This document shows, piece by piece, positions 49,301 through 59,885 of a stretch of 64,000 nt of DNA; within the stretch, counting starts at the first letter, position 1, and every line of letters starts with the position of its first letter. The DNA is from Leucoraja erinacea (taxonomy: Eukaryota): NCBI RefSeq assembly GCF_028641065.1, contig NC_073399.1, forward strand, positions 18,972,001-19,036,000, in the 5' to 3' direction. The position numbers and the translations under genes are program-made. The notes below the pieces were generated by a model that did not search any database, was not told the origin of the DNA, and saw nothing but the letters and a program-made list of their open reading frames with translations.

Positions 49301-52196
49301 ATGATGCAATCCCTACCTATATCTTCACCACCCATCCAGATAGTGCATTCTGTATTCCAAACATCCTCTGGATGGGATAAGTTCTTCCTCAGATCCCGTC
49401 TAAATCTCTTGTGTTTACCTGAACCGATGCCCTTAGGTTTAGATATCTCTACTATGAGGAAAATGTTCCCACTATTCCCATCTATGCCACTCCATCAGGC
49501 TCCATGGAAACAAACTTATTTCTGCAATCTCTGCACACAATTGAGATGCTCCATACCAAGCAACATTTTGGTGAATCTCCTCTGCCCACTCCCCAATTCT
49601 TCCCATTGTATGTTAACGAGAACTATACACACTGCTTCAGCTTTGGCCTAATTAATATTTTTATATACCATGCCATCTTTGTTCTTATATTCTAGGCCTG
49701 GTTCATAAAAGGAAGTATCCCCTAAGCCACCTTCGCTATTTTATGTACCCCTGCTGCCACCTTCAGCGATCTTGGGCTTGTATATTAAGTCCCCCACTTC
49801 CTCACAACTCCAGTATGTATGTTCTAGCACTTATTAGTCCTCTTCAGATTGATTGTGATGTTGGGGGGGGGGGATCACAATTACTCTGAAGGATCCTGAC
49901 CCGAAACGCCATCTATCCATGTTCTCCAGAGATGGTGTCTGACCTATTGAGTTGCTCCAGTACTGTGTTTTTTGTAAACCAACATTTGCAGTTCCTAGTC
50001 TCTCTTAAAATTCCTGTAAACTGCCACCATCTTCACTATCAACAGTACTGACTATTTTATGTTATCTGAAAACTTATGAATCATGCCCCCCCCCAACATT
50101 TGTATCCATATTGTTAATGTATATAGCAAACAGGATCCAGGACCAACCCCTGTGGTGCACCCACCGTTGGTCACAGGCTTTCAATCACATTAACAACCCT
50201 CCATCATCACCCTCTGCCTCATAAACAACCATGCCAATAAACTATCCAGCATTTTGTGTCTACCTTCGATTCACCAGCATCTGCAGTTATTTCTTAAACA
50301 TGCCAATTTTGGATCCAGTTTACCAACTTGCCTTGGGTCCCATGGGTTTCCAAACCTTCCATATGGGACATTGTCAAAAGTCTTACTGAAGTGCATGTAA
50401 ATCACATCTACCACACTGCCTTTAAAGACATTTTGTTGAATATCTTTGATTAATCCCAGTTTCTCTAAATGCAGATTAATTCTATCCGTCTGATCATTTT
50501 CCACTAACCTTTCTCCGCTTGTCCCCCCCATTGAATACACTGACAAAGAAATTTAAAAATTCATACTCTATTAATAAATTTCTCCTTGCAGGGTTTGTAA
50601 TAATATCTGATGCCTCTCTGTGTGATTCTTGTGTATTAAAGGGGAGTTGTTTTATTTCAGGGTCTCTCCAGAAACACCTCGGACAACATCTTTTGACTGT
50701 TTGGTGTTTGAGTCCAGCTCGGTTAAAGATGCAACTGAAATTGTCTCGAGAATAGGCAAGTGTCTGTGGATCTTCAAATGCAGGGGAGAGCAGTCTTTCT
50801 CCTTTACCTATTTTCCAGAGTTAAATGCACACAAAACCTGTCCTACACTTATACCCTCGTGAGACTTTGTTGTATCAAGTAGACTACCTGTGGTTAGTGC
50901 TGTGCTTCCAGTTCCTTATCACGTAAAGGTTCCTAATCCACTATTAAATGCACTTTGATGCCAAAGAGATTCTTGTTACAAGCAGTGCCATGTACTCAAA
51001 GTCTGAAGAAGTGTTTCGGCCCGAAACGTTGCCAGTTTCCTTCGCTCCATAGATGCTGCTGCACCCGCTGAGTTTCTCCAGCAATCTTGTCTGCCATGTA
51101 CTCAAATGTTTGTGAGAAACTTATAGATTGCAGGGTGGGTGGCAGTTCTCAATACTACCACCCCTAGGACAGATGCATAGGAACTCAAAGGGAATGCCCC
51201 TGCACAGATCATCATGATCTGGTTTTGTGTTGTTCTAGTAAGGGCTTTCAAAAACTATGGAACTTCTAAAATATGTTATCTTCAGGGAGTAGGGTATGCA
51301 GAGTCTATCTGAAAGCTGGTCCCCCTTCCTCTGAAAATGCACGGCAACTCTTGTTCTCCACTCATGGTTACATTAACATTTATCAGCCTCTGCAGAGACC
51401 ATGGGGAGCAAGTCTCTCGACCCAAAACTTCGCCTATTCCTTCGCTCCATAGATGCTGCCTCGCCCGCTGAGTTTCTCCAGCATCTGCAGTTCTTTCTTG
51501 AACATGGGGAGCAAGTCCGTAGCTCCCTCAAAGACACAACACATGCATGGGGAAGTGAAAAAGGCATATTATACGGTTACCTTTATTGACAGGCATTGGT
51601 ATATAAATTGGCCTGTCACATTACAGCTGTATAAAAACATTGTCTAGAACGTACATAGAATATTTTGCGCATTTCTGGTCACCATACTAAAGGAAGGATG
51701 TGGTAGTAACAAAGAGTAGAGATTCACTAGGATGTTGCCTGGTATGATGTGCTGTAGTTCTAAGGAGATTGGAACATAAGGGGCGGAGGAGTGACCTAAA
51801 AGAGATTTATAAAATTATGAGGACATAGAATAGTGAGAATCCATTTTTTTCCCCAGGGCACAAGAGTCTAGAAGAGGGCAGAAATTTAAAATTAGAGGAG
51901 ATAAACTTAAAGGGGATCTGATGGGCGTATTTTCACCGTCTGCTGAATATATGGAACAAGCTGCCAAAGAAGGTGATGTAGACAGATATAATTACAATGT
52001 TTAAAAGGTGCTTGAACAGGTACTTCAATAAGTAGAGAAGATGGTCAATGTAGGCAAAGGAGATTAGTGAGGTTAGGTTGGCATGGATGAGATGGGCCAA
52101 AAGTTCCTGTTTGTACTGTACGACACTATCATCTTCATGTTAACTGTCTTTGATCTTTCAGCTGCAGGATTCCGAAACACTGAGTGGTTTGTGTGA
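21310..52196 (+). CDS. Uncharacterised RUN-PDZ-PTB(PID)-like domain protein, 16 exons, 427 aa
   Basis: Exons 21310-21346, 30997-31104, 31999-32074, 35599-35755, 36423-36468, 39224-39282, 39625-39660, 41793-41845, 42528-42660, 44493-44689, 45546-45591, 47011-47076, 48060-48116, 48512-48594, 50661-50755, 52162-52196. Phases all join into one stop-free 1284-nt frame. RUN-like motifs: LC.ILE.IL.KG, DYW, GRGRYYIRQAMN, EWY, F.LDL. PDZ-like: ELGM, IFVTEV..GSQA, GD.I.EING. PTB-like: Y.LRYLG, HYPEIAS, FAYCV, C.VF. Confidence 0.9.
22258..22490 (+). mobile_element. tRNA-derived SINE
   Basis: Same family core. Confidence 0.75.
22870..23232 (+). mobile_element. Possible solo LTR
   Basis: Compositionally distinct block TGTA...TACA with internal TATAAAA (22981) and AATAAA (about 23149); TSD not confirmed. 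Confidence 0.45.
25867..26075. repeat. Penelope-type fold-back repeat nested in a Rex1 3' UTR
   Basis: About 60-bp inverted arms; minus-strand CTGAAGA-GGGTC TC GACCC-GAAACGTC core at 25942-25969. Confidence 0.78.
27300..28190 (+). mobile_element. Old CR1 LINE fragment
   Basis: LQQDMERLNEW..YQM, YYLN, QRYLGVRVHES; many disablements. Confidence 0.75.
28220..28700 (-). mobile_element. CR1 LINE 3' end
   Basis: LWNKLPEEVVEAGTI...LDRHVDRADLEGYGPN. Confidence 0.85.
28710..29391 (-). mobile_element. Non-autonomous hAT (Charlie/SPIN/GTF2IRD2-like) DNA transposon
   Basis: Termini CGAGGGTGGGGAACC / GGTTCCCCACCCCTG; perfect 8-bp TSD CTCTGGCT (28702-28709, 29392-29399); remnant ORF 28901-29089 FSTTYCCESTFS...IKTPLRSQMTD.HL...QQSH-stop matches a hAT C-terminal dimerisation domain. 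Confidence 0.92.
30997..31104 (+). CDS. RUN-PDZ-PTB gene exon 2 (RUN start)
   Basis: CILNIQADKDPITDGHPQLTSLCDILEIILRKGIR, donor GTAAGT. Confidence 0.9.
31185..31770 (-). mobile_element. CR1 LINE 3' end
   Basis: LERVQRRFMRMLPGLSYRERL..L.LYSLE.RR. Confidence 0.88.
31999..32074 (+). CDS. RUN-PDZ-PTB gene exon 3
   Basis: PVLGLWRRDYWHWMEQLPQQDTCS, phases 1 and 2 fit the neighbouring exons. Confidence 0.88.
34500..35110 (-). mobile_element. RTE-clade LINE RT fragment
   Basis: YRTDGALFNLERLSAKTKV..RDLLFAD...TISAKKTEIMHQPAP. Confidence 0.88.
35599..35755 (+). CDS. RUN-PDZ-PTB gene exon 4 (RUN core)
   Basis: LPQLSMALEKTLACKRTLTAQGRGRYYIRQAMNRKIMAVTIHHLLHTPRLLE. Confidence 0.9.
36423..36468 (+). 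CDS. RUN-PDZ-PTB gene exon 5
   Basis: WYDRESSVLTNECFA, donor GTAAG. Confidence 0.87.
37386..37530. mobile_element. 145-bp hAT-type MITE
   Basis: 14-bp perfect TIR CAGTGGCGGACTGG; perfect 8-bp TSD ACTGTGGT (37378-37385, 37531-37538). Confidence 0.92.
37560..38255 (-). mobile_element. CR1/L2-group LINE 3' fragment, distinct from the common CR1 family
   Basis: LVRPHLDYAVAAWDPY...IERVQRQAARFV...LGW.PLQDR; short repeat tail (ccaagaa)n near 37570. Confidence 0.85.
38570..38970. repeat. Degenerate minisatellite of about 44 bp
   Basis: Consensus cactgtataacactggggtacagtactggtggggatgggtctgt, about 9 units. Confidence 0.85.
39224..39282 (+). CDS. RUN-PDZ-PTB gene exon 6
   Basis: PFLSLLLVLSQMKFTLDLE, donor GTTAGT. 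Confidence 0.87.
39625..39660 (+). CDS. RUN-PDZ-PTB gene exon 7 (36 nt)
   Basis: NSSFLDESWLLP, strong acceptor, donor GTAAGT. Confidence 0.85.
39988..41230 (-). mobile_element. Degenerate Tc1-type transposon, one end truncated
   Basis: Frameshifted transposase with QQDNDPKHTA, ILEWP and SQSPDLNPIEH; TIR ending at 41230 followed by TA; inner direct repeat of the TIR motif near 40990. Confidence 0.9.
41793..41845 (+). CDS. RUN-PDZ-PTB gene exon 8 (PDZ start)
   Basis: VCEMYNTVPCRELGMVL, donor GTAAG. Confidence 0.85.
42010..42312 (+). mobile_element. tRNA-derived SINE, full length
   Basis: ggcacggtggtgcagtggtagagttgctgccttacagc...gggccgaagggcctgtttc. Confidence 0.88.
42528..42660 (+). CDS. RUN-PDZ-PTB gene exon 9 (PDZ core)
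   Basis: YTGGRIFVTEVIAGSQAEADECVQAGDIIDEINGVALRNAKGGE. Confidence 0.92.
44493..44689 (+). CDS. RUN-PDZ-PTB gene exon 10
   Basis: AQTVLQKLRGKPLSFRMIHWKWHDGSVYRP...RLQDD, donor GTGAG. Confidence 0.88.
44733..44990 (-). mobile_element. tRNA-derived SINE
   Basis: Reverse complement of the family consensus. Confidence 0.85.
45546..45591 (+). CDS. RUN-PDZ-PTB gene exon 11 (PTB start)
   Basis: LLYSLRYLGQVNIGM. Confidence 0.85.
47011..47076 (+). CDS. RUN-PDZ-PTB gene exon 12
   Basis: YGGKEVLDEGIEKVLQQNLVPQ, donor GTAAG. Confidence 0.87.
48060..48116 (+). CDS. RUN-PDZ-PTB gene exon 13
   Basis: EVLLDVKETEVISMENSTQ. Confidence 0.85.
48512..48594 (+). CDS. RUN-PDZ-PTB gene exon 14
   Basis: VLFHHHYPEIASVGQRLDRRALFAYCV, donor GTAAGT. 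Confidence 0.88.
48905..50540 (-). mobile_element. Fragmented CR1 LINE(s) with nested Penelope-type repeat
   Basis: VDVIYMHFSKTFDNVPY RT motif (ORF 50271-50546) and a CR1 3' end near 48910-49150. Confidence 0.7.
50661..50755 (+). CDS. RUN-PDZ-PTB gene exon 15
   Basis: VSPETPRTTSFDCLVFESSSVKDATEIVSRI, non-canonical donor AG/GCAAGT. Confidence 0.85.
51550..52130 (+). mobile_element. CR1 LINE 3' fragment
   Basis: Degenerate match to the CR1 copy at 6050-6830. Confidence 0.75.
52162..52196 (+). CDS. RUN-PDZ-PTB gene exon 16 (coding part)
   Basis: acceptor gatctttcag, then (A)AGFRNTEWFV-stop. Confidence 0.82.
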
Positions 52197-53340
52197 CCGA
52201 CTCCAGGGATGACTAGTGTCAGGTGGGTACGTGGCCTTGTGACAGTTTTGTTACCTGATCTGCATGTTATTGAAGCAACTGGCCAGGTACTGTTGGAAAG
52301 GTGAAGACTTCTCCAATTCACTTCTGGATGTCGACCATCTGTTGCATTACATCAGAGGATCCACGCTCCAATATCAAGTCTAAATGCTGTCAGATAACAG
52401 TACAACTGAGGAGTGAGACGTTAATATATGCACCTGACGGGATTCCCCCTTTACAAGGGAATTTTTCATATTTCCATGGAGAAAGACGGTGATCATCTAC
52501 AATTTGGTGGAATTGGTTCTCGTCCATTGGAGCACATGTTACAGTTGAACAGCTTTTCTGGGCCAAGACACTGCCCTCTTTCTCTACCTCAGAATTGTGG
52601 CCAGCTGTTTTTGCACTGCCTATTGCACTTATTGTGAGGATTATTTGGGTTTTATTTTTACTAATACTTGATTTTCTTAGCCTCCTTATGGCTCCCCTAC
52701 AAGAAAAGCAACATGTCCGAGATGCGCAGTGACATAGCCACACCAGTCAGCACTACCAGCCACTATTGCAACCTAGTGTGAGCTGTTGAAAGTGGGTCCT
52801 GCTGAAGTTTCACGGCACATATTACCCCTCCCCCAAAGTGACACTTCTGCACCTTTTGTCATTGCAGAAAGTGACAATAACAAAGGGTTCCTCTGCACTC
52901 GACTGGTATAGAGCATGAAAGCAAGTAATGGAGTTTCAGTTCAATCTCATATGGAGTAACTCTAAGGATATATTGGCAGGATTGCAACAAGATTCATCGA
53001 ACTACAAGGACAATTGCTTGCATCAGATTTAATGTGGAAATGGGCTATCACGGCAAGCTTCCATATTTAGAATGGTGGAGAAAGTTTCTCAGAATAACCC
53101 TTTTTGTTTCTTCAAACCATATGCAAATACTGTGTCTGTTAAAGGCCCTGAACAAATTTCTGATCCTGTTCGCTGTGGATTATTTCAAATCTAATTATCA
53201 GTGAACTTTCACTGGCATCTTTGGTTGATAGTGTTTAGTTAATGAAAAGTCAAGAGACCTTGGGTATGCAGGTGGGAGTTATGTGTCTATATGCTAACAT
53301 CCAATTTTAGGCTTGGGTCTAAATGATGAATAATGTGGTT

Positions 53341-53346
53341 AATAAA
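53341..53346 (+). terminator. Candidate polyadenylation signal of the RUN-PDZ-PTB gene
   Basis: AATAAA about 1.15 kb after the stop, followed by T-rich sequence. Confidence 0.5.
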
Positions 53347-53589
53347 AACTTTATTTACATTTTCTCTTACAATTTTTTTTAATGGTCCTGAATGCACTGT
53401 GATCACTATTTAAATGTTAAATTCACAAAACAGCATGGAAACAGGTCCATTGCCTTACTGAGTCTGTGCCAACCTGTGATCACCCCGTCAAAATTAGACA
53501 CCAGGGGCAATTTACAGAAGCCAATGAACATACAAACCTGTATTGGAGGAAACCGAGCACCTGAAGAAAACCCATGCAGTCGCAGGAAG

Positions 53590-53665
53590 ATACAATTCTA
53601 GTAACAACGTGGCAAGTGGTAGGTAAGCTAAATACAATTCTAGTAACAACGTGGCAAGTGGTAGG
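53590..53665. repeat. 34-bp direct repeat, 42-bp period
   Basis: atacaattctagtaacaacgtggcaagtggtagg at 53590 and 53632. Confidence 0.9.
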
Positions 53666-55769
53666 AAAGACAAGACTCAAGGACATTAGAGTGGGAATAT
53701 GATGTTGTTCTGATGGCCAGTAATATCATAGCTTTCACAGCCCTGCCAGAATTATAATTACATTAATGTCTCTATCCAAAATACAGATGTATACACCTTA
53801 TCAATCCCTTTCATAATCTATCTTGTAGTCCTTTTGATCTTAAGGAAAACCCGTGACCCAGGAAAGTAATATATACACTGTCCAGACACATGGATGCAGA
53901 CTAAAATTAGTTTTTTTTAAAATATGGTCTTAAAGTGTTATAACTATCGGCTTTATTACGCTTGGATGTTGTTTTTGTAAGCCAATCCTACTCTAAAAAA
54001 TAAAAATGTAAATAGTCTCACTAAGAATAAACACTAGTCCCACCTGCCCTCTATAAAAGTGGGCAGATGGGACGAGGCTAGTTAAGATGAGGGCTCCAGT
54101 TCCATTCTCTATGAATCTAAAATGCTCAACTTACTCATTATTTCACCAGCTTGCTCTGTCATTTAACAGCTTCCTCACTTTCCCAGTAGCTGTGGATAGT
54201 GTATAGCTGATAAATATCTTGGTATTTGCAACTTGTCAAATACCTTTTGTAAATCTCAATGTATCACTATTTTCTTTAGCTTCCCTGTAGCAGCAGTCTT
54301 AATAAAACACTAAATGTATTAAACATCCTCTTTCTTATTCTAAAATCACAAATATTACTAACAATTTGTCTGAGAAAGGATACATCTTCTGGTCCATAAT
54401 GCATCTTTCCCCCTCTTTAAAATGGCAGCACATAACACTGCTGTTAAATCTGATGAGACCACGAGTAATGCTTCCACCTCCTAGAACTTCATGTAATTTA
54501 GGTCCATTTGATTTGTCAGCTTTAATTTCTACAAAATGATTTGTTTTCAGTTCTCTGTGGGATAATTTGATCTGTTATTGCAGAATAGTGCTTGAACAAT
54601 ACATTTATGTATTTGCATGTTTTTAACTCTAATAGGAAAGGAATGGTGGGTCTTTAATTTATGTTTCTTTTTAAGTGAAGTTGCAAGCAGCTATTTTGGG
54701 TTGTCAGCATTTCAACTCGTTGTGGATAATAAAATGGGGATGGGGATGGAGATTGTGGTTAATTGAAGGTAATAATGGAAAGAAACCCTTGCATGGATTT
54801 TTTTTTCTACCATCCAACACTGCCCCTTAGTGTCAGCACAAGATTCATCCATTTGCCTTTCGCACCAATTTATGCTCAGCATGACTGCCAAATGATTGCA
54901 AAACTAAAAGCAAGAATCATTTGTACTCCACCTAGTGGATCATTTAATGTGGTGCTCCATTTTGTGTCACTTCCAGCTGTGTAAAAATAGAAAATTCCAT
55001 TGAGCCAAGAAGAGGTCTGAAACATTAATATAGCTTTGCCTCATCAAGGCTGACCAACCAGAGTTCCTCCTGCAGGGGTTTGGAATATTACAGTACATTA
55101 ACTGGATCTTTAACTTCACCCAAAAGTTACTTTTGTAGCTCACCCTGATATTGATTTGATATAATTCACCACTGTATGGTCATGCTAAATGGCTCAATTA
55201 TACATCTTGCCTCACTGGAATCTCAAATTCACAAGCTTCAACCACTTCAAATCTTCCTCCTTGCTGGACACAAAATTCAGTCAGTCACTGTACTGTGCTA
55301 ATAGCATCCGCCCTCATGCAAGATGCATATTAGAAGCTTGGCATTTCATCCCATGCAACATATAAATGGCCCACTAGACTTACTTTAAAGAATTATGTTT
55401 ATTAACTATGATTATGATTTTTTTTGCATTTGTTTCAGTTGGCTATGCTGCATCATTAGCATTTAAGAATTAAAAGAACAAGTTTCCATAGTGTGACAAA
55501 GCTAATTGACCTTTACTCATCAGACCTCAAATCAAACAACCTGTCTTTGGGTTTAAAACATGGGGTGCCATCACAACACCATATAAACAAATCAAGCACT
55601 CAGTATAAATGAGGCATCTGCTACATAAGCAGTTTGTAGCAGGGTGATTTATCAATATGGCTCAACTGAGCAGACTGACAAATTCAAATCTGAGCCATGC
55701 CTAATGTATGAGCACTGCTGCAGACTGGAGATTGAGCACTGAAATAGCTCACCCAAATTCTGTAGTTTG

Positions 55770-57487
55770 CAGATTACTGCATTTATTGCATTTGAAAATA
55801 CAGTACATTCTGTAACAATTACAGTAGTATTACAAGAAATTTAGTTCGTACTTTAATGCAGTATTTACAAGTTTACCAGCTTCTGTTTTGTAGCACAGCA
55901 CGTGATCCTTTGCCAAAAGGACTCCAATTTTAGGTGAAATCAAGTCCACGACAACCACTCCAAGCCTTTGAGGCTAGCAACACTAATAGCCCCAGTAGCA
56001 CCAAACTATGCACTATTTGCACAGGAATCTATAGTATGTCCCTATTGGCAAGGGACAAAAAAACAAACAGCTCCATACCTTTGAGGATAAGATCCAAATG
56101 TTACTTTTTACTGAGCAGACAAATGGGTAACATCACTGAATGCCACAGTAGAAAACCTTTCTCACAGTTCCACTAGGCAATACGAGTGACCTCCGCACTT
56201 CTTTCTCGCCCAATTTAATAACCCGGTTAAGGATCAGTGTGGACTGGCATTACCCTGGTAAAGATCTCAAACAGAATGGCATCTCCTTTGGTCATCCATA
56301 GTAGATGGCCTAGATAAATATCCTCAGGCTGTGGAGGCCCAAGATGCATCCAACCCAGTGGCCAATACAAGTGAATCTCTAATACTAGCAATATTACTTC
56401 CTTTACACCAAGATGAAGAAGAAACTCTTAAGACAAGAGTGCTGTTGGAAGCAGTGTCAGGAGGGCTGCAACCCCATCTTTACAGTCTGGGCATGGGGAA
56501 ATTCTACAAAGCATCTTGAATCACTTGGCAAATAACCAAAGACACTACTTGCATCAAGCACAATGTCAGCATCCTGGTCAATAAATGCATACCATTCCAA
56601 TCGGCAAGAGATGGGATGTTGTTTTAGGACTAAAACACTAGTGGGGAGAGCAAAATAATTTGCAACTAATTCCAAATGTAAAATTGCCCCAATCTGGGCA
56701 AGTGAACCCCATGTCATTAAGGAGCAACACTGCACTGCTTCCAACAAAGTTTGCAGAATGGCATTCACCTAAACATTGTTAATTCACAGGCTACTAAAGA
56801 ATTCAAACTAGCCCTTATCTACATTTTCCCCCAATGTAAACCACTTGTTTGCACGAGAACAAATAGCAACACATGCGAGTCCATTAACAATTTAATAAAA
56901 GATGAATTAACTTCCCCTCCCCAAAACAGATAACATGAAAAACAATGCATAAATAGGTACATAGCTGCCAAGCCGTACACTCCAGCTTGATGTACAAAAT
57001 ATCAATGTAATTTACTTGGTGTAGGACCACAATTCCTCCTGAGTTACCAATGGAATGAATTTAGGAAGTATTTTCCCAGTACATTCCCTTCAGTTGACTA
57101 ATATAAAATGCTCTAGGAAACAGTCTAATAGAAAACCCAAGTATAATATAAAATAAAAACTTAACTCAAGTGCTTGAAGAGCAATGGGCATTTCCCACTT
57201 GCACCTCATGCAAATGACAAGTGGACATTGATCTGTTCCAATTCCAATTCAGTTAGTTGAGATTTATTTTTTTTTCTTCCAAAATAATAGCAAGGGCTCC
57301 CAAACCAGCTTAACCCCTCCCCCCCACCCTATTAAACTTTAGAAAATTGAATAAAAACAGCAAATACCACATATTCCATTTGCACATATCACTCCTTAAA
57401 AGTTCGTATCCTGACAATCCCATCTGTAAATCCTGCAATATTAAAAAAGGTCCCACAGTCCATTGTGATAGAATGAGTCTGCTTCAA
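55770..57487 (-). other. H3F3B: H3.3 long 3' UTR with several poly(A) signals
   Basis: AT-rich stretch with no recognisable repeats; minus-strand AATAAA 57263-57268, ATTAAA 55852-55857, AATAAA 55782-55787. Confidence 0.6.
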
Positions 57488-59243
<1,756 letters not shown>

Positions 59244-59631
59244 TCAGGCTGGGGGCGACAGAGGAAGCAGTCAGTTAACGGCCAGCCTTGCGTGCGGGAG
59301 GGGGCGGAACTGGCGGTCAGGGGAAGAACGATCCGGAGACGTTGGGCCACACACCCACTGTTCCCTCCTTAACCGAGCCCACTCGCCGTTACCTCTACCC
59401 CAAGTGAGCTCTACCGAACAAAAGCTTCAACGCTGCCGCCGGCCCCGACCAGACCAGGCCCGCCATTTTGTGCCGAGCGGCGCGGCCCTCACCCCGCTCC
59501 AACTCCCACCCAACCATAACCTCCCCGCCGATAGTAACCACGAAAAAAGACAGGCGGCAGGAATATCACGGGCACATGGCGGGTTGTCGGTCGAGGAGCT
59601 AGGAGGCGGCCTGTCCCGGCGATTTAATTAC

Positions 59632-59673
59632 CTTCGAGCAGTACTCCTCCCCGTCACCGTCAATCACCAGACT
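59632..59673 (-). other. H3F3B: H3.3 non-coding first exon
   Basis: Inr-like CCAGT about 31 nt downstream of TATAAAT; donor AAG/GTAATT at 59631; acceptor near 59248 upstream of the ATG. Confidence 0.7.
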
Positions 59674-59694
59674 GGGCCAGCCGCCGCCGACACC

Positions 59695-59885
59695 GCCATT
59701 TATACCTGTGACGTGTCGGCGAGCTGACGTCACCCTCGCCCACACCACCTCCCCGGGGACCGAGCCGGCTCTGATTGGATACTTATCCTGCTTCTGATTG
59801 GCCTTTAAACTCGCTTCACCATAGGTCCATTGTCTCAGAACGAACCAATCGTTTATAAGCGAAATAGTGCGTTTTGATTGGCTTA
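59695..59885 (-). promoter_or_regulatory. H3.3 promoter (TATA, CRE, CCAAT boxes)
   Basis: TATAAAT 59698-59704 (minus), TGACGTG 59709-59715, perfect CRE TGACGTCA 59725-59732, CCAAT/ATTGG boxes near 59774, 59797, 59845 and 59877. Confidence 0.8.
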
